From Calditrichales bacterium (GTDB lineage Bacteria; Calditrichota; Calditrichia; Calditrichales; J004): 64,000 bases of DNA. Location of the stretch: NCBI GenBank assembly GCA_965267575.1, contig OZ254086.1, positions 2,112,001 to 2,176,000 of the forward strand. The letters run 5' to 3'. The position numbers were made by a program, and so were the translations under genes. Of the stretch, positions 39,208 through 49,376 are shown piece by piece (the stretch's first letter is position 1; the number at the start of each line of letters is the position of its first letter). Below the pieces are notes generated by a model that saw nothing but the letters and a program-made list of their open reading frames with translations, was not told the origin of the DNA and did no database searches.

Positions 39208-40574
39208 CGCAAAAAAATATTCTTTTTTTAACAAGTAACTTTCCTCCGAACCTCTCAGTAGGAACGCAGCGGGTAACAAAAATTCTCAAGTATATCAACA
39301 AAAAAGAATTCCGCTTTTTTGTATTGACATTAAAGGAAGATTATTTTCCGACGGATTTAGATTCTTATCTCAAGAACGGCAGAGTATTTCCGGAAAACGT
39401 TACTGTTTCAAGAACAGACAAACTGGAGTTAACCCGCGGTTTCACTAAGTTGAAAGCTTTGCTGAAAAAGGCCGCAAATGGCAAGTCGCAGACTAAGCCA
39501 AAAGCCATATCTTCCTCAAGTAATGCAACCACCAATACCCAAAAGAGCACACTCAAAAAAGTGGAAAGCCATGTAAGAAACTGGCTTTTTTCAATATTTG
39601 AATTTCCAGATAAATTCATCGGGTGGTTGCCATATGCCGTAAAGCAGGGTGTTCGCCTTATACGTGAAAATAATATAGATACGATCCTTACCACCGCTCC
39701 GCCGCATTCGCTTTTCATAATGGCCTGGCTGATCAAAAAACGCACCGGGGCGAAGCTGGTCCTGGACTTTAGGGACCCATGGGCCCTTTCAATCTGGGAT
39801 TACAGCAAATCGTTAAAAAGCAGGCTGGAGCAGTATTACGAACGCAAAGTTATAAATGCAGCGGATCAGGTCTTGTTTGTTACAGAAAAAATGCGTGATC
39901 GCTATGCCGAATTTTACGGCGACGGATTGGCGGAAAAGTTTGCTTTCTTTTCAAATGGTTTTGATCCTGAAGATTTTACCGATTTAGAAAACGGTGTTGC
40001 GCAAAAGGAACCCGACGATGTGTTGAGATTTGTGCATCTGGGCAGTTTATACAAAAAAAGAAATCCCGAACCTCTTTTTCTCGCTCTTGCCCAGCTCATT
40101 AAGGAGGGCAAGGTAGATCCTGCCGCCTTAAAAATGGAGTTTATTGGTTTTGTCGCTACGGAACTGGAATATCTTAACAAGAAGGTAGAAGAGCTAAATC
40201 TCGCGCAGGTCGTGTTTTTTAAAGATTCTGTCGGTTTTAAGGAAAGCCTTACGATAATGCAGCAATCCAACGTGCTGCTTATAATTCAACCCGGAACAGA
40301 TATGCAAATACCGGCCAAGCTGTTCGAATACATGTACGCCGGTAAGCCGATTTTCGCTATGGCGGAACCGGACAGTGCCACAGAAGCAACCATTCTTAAA
40401 GGTAACTTGGGCTATGTCGCACCCAGTTCGGATGTGGACATAATCTCCCAGAAATTGTTACAAATGATAAAAGCTCTCAATTCTAAAGATCAAAAAGCCG
40501 TGGACGGTTACGTGGATAAATTCAATATGGCCAAAGCGATAACGCGTTTTGAAAATATCATAAGGAGCGTATGA
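39204..40574 (+). CDS. Glycosyltransferase family 4
   Basis: FPP, DFRDPW, NGFD, IPAKLFEYM. Confidence 0.88.
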   Translation: MTQKNILFLTSNFPPNLSVGTQRVTKILKYINKKEFRFFVLTLKEDYFPTDLDSYLKNGRVFPENVTVSRTDKLELTRGFTKLKALLKKAANGKSQTKPKAISSSSNATTNTQKSTLKKVESHVRNWLFSIFEFPDKFIGWLPYAVKQGVRLIRENNIDTILTTAPPHSLFIMAWLIKKRTGAKLVLDFRDPWALSIWDYSKSLKSRLEQYYERKVINAADQVLFVTEKMRDRYAEFYGDGLAEKFAFFSNGFDPEDFTDLENGVAQKEPDDVLRFVHLGSLYKKRNPEPLFLALAQLIKEGKVDPAALKMEFIGFVATELEYLNKKVEELNLAQVVFFKDSVGFKESLTIMQQSNVLLIIQPGTDMQIPAKLFEYMYAGKPIFAMAEPDSATEATILKGNLGYVAPSSDVDIISQKLLQMIKALNSKDQKAVDGYVDKFNMAKAITRFENIIRSV

Positions 40575-41707
40575 AGAAAATACGTATTGCCCATATTATC
40601 AACTTTCTCTCTCCGGCCGGCAAAGAAGTTGGTATAGTGAAACTGTTAAACGGCATGGATGAAGAGCGCTTCGAAGGCTATCTGATTGTAATTGATAAAG
40701 TTATTGATCCGCTGTTTCTTGATCAGAAAAAAACAAAGCTTTTAAGTTTGAACAAAAAGCCGGGCAATGATGTCGGTCTTCCATTCAGGCTTGCATCTAT
40801 TTTGCGTAAGGAAAAAATAGATATTGTACATACACATGCCTGGGGAACCCTTGTGGAAGGTATTCTGGGAGCTAAAATGGCCCGGGTGCCTGTCATTATT
40901 CATGGCGAACATGGCACATTTCACACAGATGCCAAAAGAAAGCTCATTCAGCGTTTGTTTTTCAATTTGGCTGATTATCTCCTCTCTGTGTCGCAGGTAC
41001 TTGCAGATAGGCTGCACGAAGTGATCGGACCACGTAACAAGAGATTTACTTCTATTCTGAACGGTGTGGATACCGAGCGTTTTTATCCTAACGAACAGAA
41101 AAGAGTACATCAAAGAAAAGAACTGGGGGTTTCGCCGGATACCGTGTTGATCGGTACCGTTGGCCGGACCGTACCCGTAAAAAATCATCAGCTTCTTATT
41201 AAAGCGGCGGCCTTGCTGCACGAAACGCATACAAATTTTAAGATCTGCATTGTAGGCGGTATTGACGCTGAGAAAAAAGAGCGGTTGGAGTGTGAGCGCC
41301 TGGCGGATGAACTGGATGTGGCTTCTTTTGTAGATTTTGTCGGTGTTCAGGATGATATACCCGCTTTTCTCAATGCCTTCGATATCTTTGTGCTGCCCTC
41401 ATTGAGTGAGGGCTGCTCCAACGTAATACAGGAGGCTATGGCGTGCGGTAAACCAGTTGTCGCTTCTAATGTCGGGGGAAACTCAGAATTAGTTATGCAC
41501 CAGAAATCCGGATTGCTTTTCCCCAGCAATGATGAAAAAGCCTTGTATAAAGCGTTAACCGTTCTCGTGGATGATGATCGTTTGCGCGAGAGTTTTGGCC
41601 GGAATGCGCTGGAACAGATCCGCAGCAGTTTTTCCCTCACACAAATGATAAAATCTTATCAGAATTTTTATTTAACCAGTCTGGAAGTTAAGCCCAATGA
41701 GCAGTAA
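40571..41707 (+). CDS. Glycosyltransferase family 4
   Basis: IHGEHG, NGVDTERF, PSLSEGCSNVIQEAMACG (EX7E). Confidence 0.92.
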   Translation: MKKIRIAHIINFLSPAGKEVGIVKLLNGMDEERFEGYLIVIDKVIDPLFLDQKKTKLLSLNKKPGNDVGLPFRLASILRKEKIDIVHTHAWGTLVEGILGAKMARVPVIIHGEHGTFHTDAKRKLIQRLFFNLADYLLSVSQVLADRLHEVIGPRNKRFTSILNGVDTERFYPNEQKRVHQRKELGVSPDTVLIGTVGRTVPVKNHQLLIKAAALLHETHTNFKICIVGGIDAEKKERLECERLADELDVASFVDFVGVQDDIPAFLNAFDIFVLPSLSEGCSNVIQEAMACGKPVVASNVGGNSELVMHQKSGLLFPSNDEKALYKALTVLVDDDRLRESFGRNALEQIRSSFSLTQMIKSYQNFYLTSLEVKPNEQ

Positions 41708-43217
41708 TGATTCCCGCGAAGTTTCGTTAACCCAGCAGGTACGCTCGGGGGTTATCTGGACTATTCTTAGAACCCTTAGCAGCCAGGGTGCGCGTTTTAT
41801 TGGCTCCATAGTTCTTGCCCGTATTCTGTTTCCTGAAGACTTTGGTATTATGGGCATTGTTTTGCTTGTGACGCGTTTTGCTGAAAAGCTTGGCAATTTT
41901 GGGTTCACACAGATTCTTATTCAGCGCAAACTGATTGATGACGCGCATATCAGAACAACGTTTACGCTAAACCTGATAATCTCCGGCTTAACAACGGCGG
42001 CCATTTTTACTTTTGCGCCAGCCATTGGCGGTTTTGTTACCAGTGCTCAGGATAGTGGTTTTTTAACCAAAGTTATTGATATTCTGCGCGTCATCTCCGT
42101 TATCTTTTTAATTCACAGTTTCTACGCCGTCCCGAACTCTCTTCTTAAACGGGAGATGAAATTTAAGCAGGAATCTTTAGTCGGGATGGCCGGCGGAATA
42201 GTCAAGTTTCTCTCTCCTATTGGCTTTGCATTGGCGGGGTGGGGTGTTTGGAGCTTAGTCGTTGGGCATCTGCTGGGTGAATTGATTCAGGTAGTAATGT
42301 TTTACATAGTCACCCGGTGGACACCAAATCTGGGGATACGCAAGGAAGCTTTAAAGAATGTATTTTCTTTTGGGGTCTGGCTGAATATGTATTCCTACGT
42401 GCAGTACTTCTATAAGAATATCGATTACTTTTTTATAAGTAAATTTCTTGGATACACCGCGTTAGGCTTCTATGAACGCAGCTATAACCTGATGAACGCG
42501 CCAAGAAAACGGGTAAAGGATATGATCGGTGCCGTCTTGTTCTCCGCTTATTCCCGCATACAGGATGAAGATGAACGATTGAACTACGCCATGCGCAGGG
42601 TAATGTCCGCTGTTACTTTGGTTACTTTTCCGGTTATGATCTGGCTCATTTATGTATCGCCAAGCATTGTCCCGTTTTTATATGGCGATAAATGGTTTGA
42701 GAGTGTAACACCTTTACAGATTATGTCGGTTGCCGGTTTGCTGGAATCTGTTACAATGGTTTTTTATCCCGCATTTCTTGCAAAAGGACTCGCCAAAAAC
42801 CGGACCAAGGTGCATGCAATTGTTCTTGTCTTTCTTATTGCTGGTGTTTACTGGGCTGCCCGCTACAGCATAAATCATGTAGCATGGGCGGTAACGGCTT
42901 CTTCAGCCATAGGGCTTTTTATTAACGCCAATGAATACAGGCGTTTTTCCAGCTGGACGTGGAAAGACTTGTGGTTAGGTGTTAAACCGGCTTTGATTAC
43001 GGGTACAATAATGGCGGGTATGATGGGCATTGCCAACTACGGATTGCTTTTCTATCTCAAGGAAGACTCACCCATTATCTTATTCGTCCTCAGTGTTTTT
43101 GCTGCCCTATTGTTTTTCGCAACAATGGCAATTTTTAAATTTCCAGAATACAATGACGCCAAGGATATGGTGTTTCGGAGAAAAAAGAAGTTAAAGAAAA
43201 AAGTAAAGGCAGAATAA
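41697..43217 (+). CDS. Wzx flippase (WzxC-like)
   Basis: LARILFPEDFG, GWGVWSLV, LGFYERSY, YGDKW; many TMs. Confidence 0.9.
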   Translation: MSSNDSREVSLTQQVRSGVIWTILRTLSSQGARFIGSIVLARILFPEDFGIMGIVLLVTRFAEKLGNFGFTQILIQRKLIDDAHIRTTFTLNLIISGLTTAAIFTFAPAIGGFVTSAQDSGFLTKVIDILRVISVIFLIHSFYAVPNSLLKREMKFKQESLVGMAGGIVKFLSPIGFALAGWGVWSLVVGHLLGELIQVVMFYIVTRWTPNLGIRKEALKNVFSFGVWLNMYSYVQYFYKNIDYFFISKFLGYTALGFYERSYNLMNAPRKRVKDMIGAVLFSAYSRIQDEDERLNYAMRRVMSAVTLVTFPVMIWLIYVSPSIVPFLYGDKWFESVTPLQIMSVAGLLESVTMVFYPAFLAKGLAKNRTKVHAIVLVFLIAGVYWAARYSINHVAWAVTASSAIGLFINANEYRRFSSWTWKDLWLGVKPALITGTIMAGMMGIANYGLLFYLKEDSPIILFVLSVFAALLFFATMAIFKFPEYNDAKDMVFRRKKKLKKKVKAE

Positions 43218-44239
43218 TGCGCTCCGTTTTCAAAAAAGGACTTTACAAGGGAATAGACGCTGTAGGCCTTAACCGAAGTTATTTGCAGCGGCAACATCAC
43301 ATCGTTTTGATTCTGACTTATCATTCGGTCATACCTTATTCTGAAAAGTATAAACGTTTTGATTATCGAAATTGCGTGACCGATGAAAACTTTGATAAAC
43401 AGATACGCTTTTTGAAGCAGAATTACAACGTCGTCACAATGGATGAAGCCGTAGAAGCCATCCGAGAAAAAAACATCAATGAACGTCTTGCGGTTATAAC
43501 TTTTGACGATGGTTTCAGGAATAACTATTTGTATGCGCTTCCCGTTCTCAAAAAAAATAATGTGAGCGCCGTTTTTTATCTTGCGACCTCGTTTATTGGC
43601 AAAAAAGAAACACTTTGGACAGAGACGGTTAATCACCTTCTAACGGCTACCGGGGAACGCAGCATTGAACTTGAGATGAATGGCGCTGCCAGACGCTTCA
43701 ATCTGACCGGCCCGGCGCAAAAAGAAAAAGCATCAATCGAAATAAGAAACTATCTCAAGTTTAGCAGTGCTGAAGTGGAGGAAGACATACTTAATCAGTT
43801 GCAGGAGAAAATAAAAGATGTTTCCGATCCTGTCAGCTTCGATCCTGATCGTTATGCTTTTATGAGTTGGAGTGATGTGAATGAAATGGAAAAGTCCGGT
43901 ATGGAAATCGGTTCGCATACACATTCACACTTTACACTTAATATGCTGGATAAAAAGTCATCCTTTAAAGATATTGGCGACTCCAAAAAACAAATTGAAG
44001 AACACACGGATCATACCTGCAAACACTTTAGCTATCCAAACGGAGAAAAGGGAAATTTCCTGCCGCACCATTTTGAGCAGCTTAAAGAAACAGGCTTCGA
44101 TAGTGCCGTAACACAAATCAAAGGTCTTAACAGTTACAGCGATAACCTGTTTGCTCTAAAGAGAATCAATATCTCGGCAAAAATGGGCATGGAGGTTTTT
44201 AAATCTTATTGCAGCGGCACGTATGCTCTTATCCACTAG
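43217..44239 (+). CDS. Polysaccharide deacetylase (NodB/CE4)
   Basis: LTYHSV, ITFDDG, GSHTHSH, FSYPNG. Confidence 0.9.
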   Translation: MRSVFKKGLYKGIDAVGLNRSYLQRQHHIVLILTYHSVIPYSEKYKRFDYRNCVTDENFDKQIRFLKQNYNVVTMDEAVEAIREKNINERLAVITFDDGFRNNYLYALPVLKKNNVSAVFYLATSFIGKKETLWTETVNHLLTATGERSIELEMNGAARRFNLTGPAQKEKASIEIRNYLKFSSAEVEEDILNQLQEKIKDVSDPVSFDPDRYAFMSWSDVNEMEKSGMEIGSHTHSHFTLNMLDKKSSFKDIGDSKKQIEEHTDHTCKHFSYPNGEKGNFLPHHFEQLKETGFDSAVTQIKGLNSYSDNLFALKRINISAKMGMEVFKSYCSGTYALIH

Positions 44240-45014
44240 CAGATTACTTCCGGACAAAACAGGTTTTCGGCAAGGGCTGCTAAAAAGTGCCGGAATAAGT
44301 AGAATACATATCGTCGGATGTGCCCGCTCCGGCACGACCATGTTGCACTATGCCATGGCGGCATTTGAAGATACAATCCTGTATGATAAAGAAATCTCTC
44401 CATGGACTTACCCGCAAACAATAGAGTGCCTGGGTTTGGCTGGAAAATATTTTTTAAAAAAGGGAAACCATAAACTTGTCAGCAAACGCAATGTGAGCTG
44501 GTGGAAAAAGGAACACCTGGAAAAGCTGATTGAATTTAAACAAAGATATGATCTCATATTAATCCATATCGTCCGTGATCCCCGCGACGTTCTAACCAGC
44601 CGTCATAAGTTAAGCAAAAACAAATTCTATTTAACTCCCGAAAAATGGCATGATAGTATTTCCGGCGGCTTAATGCTGGACGAAACGTTTGAAACGGATC
44701 CGCATTACCTGACGCTGAAGTATGAAGACGTTGTCTGTACGCCGCAAAAAGTGTTGCAAACTTTTAATCAAAAATTTGGCTTAACGCTCAACCCCATGGT
44801 TGAAGACTGGTCGCATTTGGCTAGCAATCTTTCGCGTCTAAAAGTAAAAGGGAAGATGGAAGCATATATGCACAAACTGCGTGATTTTGACCCTTCTACG
44901 ATAAGAAAATGGAAAAACGACATTAGTAAGAAAGAATACCTCGCCCGGCTTATGCAATCAGAGTACGGAAACTATATTGAAAATTTCCTAAATCGGTATA
45001 ATTACCCGGCATAA
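44223..45014 (+). CDS. PAPS-dependent sulfotransferase family protein
   Basis: IVGCARSGTTML (5'-PSB loop), IVRDPRDVLTS (3'-PB), LKYEDV. Confidence 0.82.
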   Translation: MLLSTSRLLPDKTGFRQGLLKSAGISRIHIVGCARSGTTMLHYAMAAFEDTILYDKEISPWTYPQTIECLGLAGKYFLKKGNHKLVSKRNVSWWKKEHLEKLIEFKQRYDLILIHIVRDPRDVLTSRHKLSKNKFYLTPEKWHDSISGGLMLDETFETDPHYLTLKYEDVVCTPQKVLQTFNQKFGLTLNPMVEDWSHLASNLSRLKVKGKMEAYMHKLRDFDPSTIRKWKNDISKKEYLARLMQSEYGNYIENFLNRYNYPA

Positions 45015-45018
45015 TATC

Positions 45019-46035
45019 ATGGAATCCTCTCTTAACGGTTTTGATATAGACAAAGTACTTGAAGCGATGGCGGCCGAGAGAAGCATCAGAATCATTGAAT
45101 ATGCAATTCTTAATAGGGAAGAAAGGCCGTTTTCGGATGTTTTTAGGGTCCGTTTGAATATAGATAAGGACAGTAACGCTTTCGTTTTTATTAAGTATCT
45201 AAAAAGCCTGGCGCGGAATTCTAATAAAGAGGCTTTGAAAAAAAACTTTGAAACAACACAGTTCTGGTATAATAAGTTCAGGGACTCAAAACAGTTCAGG
45301 ACCATAGAGCCGCTGTATATCAATTATGAAAATTACGCGATTGTAACGCGGGAGAGTCCGGGATACGATCTTAACCGCTATATTGAACATTACGGCCAGT
45401 TTTTCCCACCCCTGCAAACCCAAAAAAAGATATATAAAAACCTTTATAATGTCGGCCAGTGGTTGTCCTATTTCCAATCCATACCGATTAACGGACGGGA
45501 ACAACCGCTTTCTTTGGAAGACATTCTCGATTATATCAATCTGCGCTTGGAGCGCATCGTCGAAAACTCAAAAATTGCTTTTAATGATAACCTCGCTGAA
45601 CGTATCAACGATTATATCAGAGCGCTTTGGACAGAGGTAAATGAGTCGGACAAAAAGCAATCTTATCTCCATTCCGATTTATCCCTTTCAAACATTCTTA
45701 TTCACCGCGATACAGTAACTGTTTTGGATTTTGGAAAAATTGAAACGGGATCTGTTTACAAGGATCTCACCCGGCTCTACCATCAGTTGATGTTGCTGGG
45801 ACACAAGCCAACCTTTTTGAAAGGCTTTCTGTCGAACCTCAAGGAAAACCTGCTGGCCGGATACGGCAATGTAAATGTCAGCCATAATCCACTTTTCAGG
45901 ATCTATTTGCTTACGCATATCATAAATCATTTTGGCAAAACGGCGCGCTTCTGGGAGCATAGTTTTACGGAGAATATTTATAATCGCTGGATCGTAAAAC
46001 GGACCCTCAAAGAGATTAAGGAATTCATCAGCTAA
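45019..46035 (+). CDS. APH/choline-kinase-like phosphotransferase
   Basis: VFIK, HSDLSLSNIL (Brenner motif), VLDFG. Confidence 0.75.
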   Translation: MESSLNGFDIDKVLEAMAAERSIRIIEYAILNREERPFSDVFRVRLNIDKDSNAFVFIKYLKSLARNSNKEALKKNFETTQFWYNKFRDSKQFRTIEPLYINYENYAIVTRESPGYDLNRYIEHYGQFFPPLQTQKKIYKNLYNVGQWLSYFQSIPINGREQPLSLEDILDYINLRLERIVENSKIAFNDNLAERINDYIRALWTEVNESDKKQSYLHSDLSLSNILIHRDTVTVLDFGKIETGSVYKDLTRLYHQLMLLGHKPTFLKGFLSNLKENLLAGYGNVNVSHNPLFRIYLLTHIINHFGKTARFWEHSFTENIYNRWIVKRTLKEIKEFIS

Positions 46036-48296
46036 TGGCTCTGAAAACGAAGCTCAAAAAGATAATGCGAATGCCGCCCGGAGAGATTGCCTACCGGGTG
46101 AATGAGCAGTTGCGCATTCGCCGTGAAAAGAAAAATGCGGAAGAAGAACTCAGACTAGTGACATCCGCGGATTTCAATTTTTTTGAAAATAACGAACACT
46201 TTCGTTTGTTCCGATCCGGCCAAATCGATCAATTGCTTAAACAGTCTGATTTTTTCAGGCCTATTGCGCCGCTTCTTTCGTCGGAAGATGCCCGGACTTT
46301 TGAAAAGCAATTTCCCCGGTCGCTTAGAAAAAGCCTTGAACGCGCCGATCAGCTTTTGGAAAACAGATTCATCTTTCTCGGGGTTTCGTTTACCCTGCCC
46401 AAGCCCATTCCGTGGCAGAGCGATCCGCTTAGTTTGACCCCCTTCCCGGAAGGCTTTTACCGCAATATTGATATTTTTACCAATAAGAATCCCGGCGATA
46501 TAAAGCATGTCTGGGAAGTAAATCGACTTCAATTTCTTATTGAACTGGCTAAAGCTTATTTCATCAGCGGAGAAGAAAAATATAAAAAGCATTTTGATGA
46601 TCTGCTTCTCGACTGGGCGCGACAGAACCCATATAAACGCGGTGTAGCCTGGGCCAGCGCTCTTGAAGTAGGTGTACGTGCTGTCGCGCTGATCTGGTCG
46701 CTTCACTTTTACCGTTCCTGCCAAAACCCGGATAAGGAAGTACTAAAGACGCTTGTTTTTCAAATATACCTGGCACTGCGTTATCTCGATGAGAATTTAT
46801 CGATCTATTTCAGTCCCTATAATCATTTAATTGGTGAAGCTGCCGGGCTCTTTCTCGGCGGGTACGTTTTCCCCGGGTTTAAAAAAAGCGACATTTATGC
46901 TCAAAAGGCCTGGTCTATTTTGGAGGATCAGGCGGAAAAACAGTTTCATCCAGATGGAGGTTGCGTAGAGCAGGCCACGTTCTATCATCATTTTACGCTG
47001 GGCTTTTATCTGCAATCTGTTATTACCCGCCGCCTTAGCGGAGACGCTACATCGGAAAATGTGTTAAGGCGTATCAGTCAGGCCTTGCGTTTTGCAGGAT
47101 ATATGACAAAGCCCGACGGGCTACTCCCCTATATGGGTGACATTGATAATGCCCGTTCCATTTACTTTAGTGATCCTACCACCTGGGATTTTAAGGCTTT
47201 TCAGGCTTTGGGCGCATGGCTGTTTAAAGACACGCACATGAAGCAGATTGCCGGGTCCGGCGAAATGGAAGAACTGTTCTGGATGCTTGGCGCAAAAGGA
47301 ATTTCTGAATACGAGAAAATCGATACAAAGGTACCTGAAAAGACATCGATAAATTTAGAGGAATCGGGTTACGCTATTTTCAGAACTGGTTATGGGCCCG
47401 ATGACCATTACCTTCACATTGACTGCGGGCCGATTGCCCATGGCGTATTTCACGACGAAACCCCTTCCGCAGCACACGGTCATGCTGACGAACTTGCTGT
47501 AGAATTGGCGGTATTTGGTGAATCATTTTTAATAGATCCCGGTTTTGCCAATTACCGTGGTGACTTTGAAAGGCACTGCTATTTCCGCAGCACGGCCGCG
47601 CATAACACGGTTGAAATAAATGGCAAATCACAAGCTCAGCAGGGCGGCATTCTTGTGTGGAGCAAAGCGCCACGTTTAAAACGCCTGGAGTTTTTTGACG
47701 GGAAAAATATTAATGGTTTCGTTGGTGAGCATTATGGCTATATGACGGAGCCGGGCAGTCCGGTGCACCGGCGTTTTACGGCTGCAATAGATCAAAAGCT
47801 GTTTATTGTCTGGGACCATATTAGGGGTACGGATGCTACCGCGGATGTGAATGTGCATTGGCACTTTAATGACACAATCGCTTTAGAAAAGCAGGACGAA
47901 TTCTGGCAGGCCACAGGCAACAAGGCACGTCTTAAAATGTTCACGCTGACGAACCGGCAAATCACCGCTAAATTATCTAAAGGTGGCGACGCTATAGACG
48001 AAGGCTGGATTTCGCCGCTTTACCGCGATGTAAAGCCTGCGCCTCTGTTGAAACAGGCCTGTATGGCGAAACTGCCAATGGATATATGCACTATACTGCT
48101 GCCGGAAAAAATTGGCGAGGATTTAAAAACAAGCCTGGAAGATAATACCTTTAATGCCAAAATAGACAAAACGGATTACACCATTACGCGCAAGGAAGCG
48201 ACTCTTGAAATCTGGATAAATGGTGTAAAGACAGGGCAGCTAAACAACACATCAGAAAAAGACGATCACAAAAAGTGGTTTATGGAAACGGAGTAA
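46035..48296 (+). CDS. Heparinase II/III-like protein
   Basis: VWEVNRLQF, NHLIGEA, DGGCVEQATFYH, HGHADEL, IDPG, FRSTAAHNTV. Confidence 0.88.
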   Translation: MALKTKLKKIMRMPPGEIAYRVNEQLRIRREKKNAEEELRLVTSADFNFFENNEHFRLFRSGQIDQLLKQSDFFRPIAPLLSSEDARTFEKQFPRSLRKSLERADQLLENRFIFLGVSFTLPKPIPWQSDPLSLTPFPEGFYRNIDIFTNKNPGDIKHVWEVNRLQFLIELAKAYFISGEEKYKKHFDDLLLDWARQNPYKRGVAWASALEVGVRAVALIWSLHFYRSCQNPDKEVLKTLVFQIYLALRYLDENLSIYFSPYNHLIGEAAGLFLGGYVFPGFKKSDIYAQKAWSILEDQAEKQFHPDGGCVEQATFYHHFTLGFYLQSVITRRLSGDATSENVLRRISQALRFAGYMTKPDGLLPYMGDIDNARSIYFSDPTTWDFKAFQALGAWLFKDTHMKQIAGSGEMEELFWMLGAKGISEYEKIDTKVPEKTSINLEESGYAIFRTGYGPDDHYLHIDCGPIAHGVFHDETPSAAHGHADELAVELAVFGESFLIDPGFANYRGDFERHCYFRSTAAHNTVEINGKSQAQQGGILVWSKAPRLKRLEFFDGKNINGFVGEHYGYMTEPGSPVHRRFTAAIDQKLFIVWDHIRGTDATADVNVHWHFNDTIALEKQDEFWQATGNKARLKMFTLTNRQITAKLSKGGDAIDEGWISPLYRDVKPAPLLKQACMAKLPMDICTILLPEKIGEDLKTSLEDNTFNAKIDKTDYTITRKEATLEIWINGVKTGQLNNTSEKDDHKKWFMETE

Positions 48297-48305
48297 GGAG
48301 AACAA

Positions 48306-49376
48306 TTGGCTGAAGCAAAAACGAAGGTTCTGCAGATTTCATCTTATCCCCCGCCGCGCGCTGGGTGGGGTATGCGCATTTATTTTCTTAAACAGGTTAT
48401 GGAGTCTAAGGGCGACGTTTGTACTGTATTGAATATCGGTAAGGGACGTTTTATAACGGATGGTGATTTTCTGCCCACCCTGGGCGGAGTTGATTATGTG
48501 AAGAAGGTGTTGAAGCATCGTTTGAAAGGCTATGTGGTGCACATGCATTTAAATGGTGATTCGCCCAAAGGTTTTGTGCTCACAAGCCTGGCCCTGCTTA
48601 TCTCCTTGCTGACGTTCAGCAGGCCTATAATCACCTTTCACGCCGGGCCGGTTCAGAAGTACTTTCCGCAAAGCCAGGCGCCACAGCTAAACCTTCTATA
48701 CAAATTTATTTTCACGGTGCCCAGGCACATTATCTGCAATAATGAAGCGGTCAAAAAGAACATTGTGGGATACGGCGTTAATCCTGACAAGATAATCCCG
48801 ATACAGGCTTTCAGCCGCCAGTATCTCAATTTTGAAAAAGTGCAGCTTCCTGGGGAGACGGAGAAGTTTTTTAAAGACCACGATCCTGTTATTTGCAGCT
48901 ATGTTTTTTTCCGGCCGGAATTCTTTATCGAGGATATGATTCATTCAATTGCCAAAATGGTAAAAAAGTATCCGCGATTTGGTTTGATAATAATGGGATC
49001 CGATCGGGATTCTGAAGAGATAAAAGAGTTGGTAAAGGAACTGGGTATTCAGGACAATGTGCTGTTTGCCGGAGACCAGGACCATGATGCTTTTTTAACC
49101 ATCATGACCCGCTCGAAGCTTTATTTGAGAACGCCGGTAAAGGATGGAGTTTGCTCATCCGTTTTGGAAGCTTTGGCATTAAAAGTGCCGGTCGTCGGTT
49201 CGGAAAACGGCAGCCGCCCGCCGGGTGTGGTAAACTACAAAAATCAGGACCATGACGATCTGTGCGCCAAACTGGAATATGTTCTTGAGCATCATGAGGA
49301 AGTTGTGAAAAGTATTGTGCCGCCTGACATTAAAGATACTATCAAGGACGAAATCGCAGTGATCAGAAACGCATGA
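48306..49376 (+). CDS. Glycosyltransferase family 4
   Basis: SYPPP..GW, TFHAG, DGVCSSVLEALAL. Confidence 0.82.
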   Translation: MAEAKTKVLQISSYPPPRAGWGMRIYFLKQVMESKGDVCTVLNIGKGRFITDGDFLPTLGGVDYVKKVLKHRLKGYVVHMHLNGDSPKGFVLTSLALLISLLTFSRPIITFHAGPVQKYFPQSQAPQLNLLYKFIFTVPRHIICNNEAVKKNIVGYGVNPDKIIPIQAFSRQYLNFEKVQLPGETEKFFKDHDPVICSYVFFRPEFFIEDMIHSIAKMVKKYPRFGLIIMGSDRDSEEIKELVKELGIQDNVLFAGDQDHDAFLTIMTRSKLYLRTPVKDGVCSSVLEALALKVPVVGSENGSRPPGVVNYKNQDHDDLCAKLEYVLEHHEEVVKSIVPPDIKDTIKDEIAVIRNA

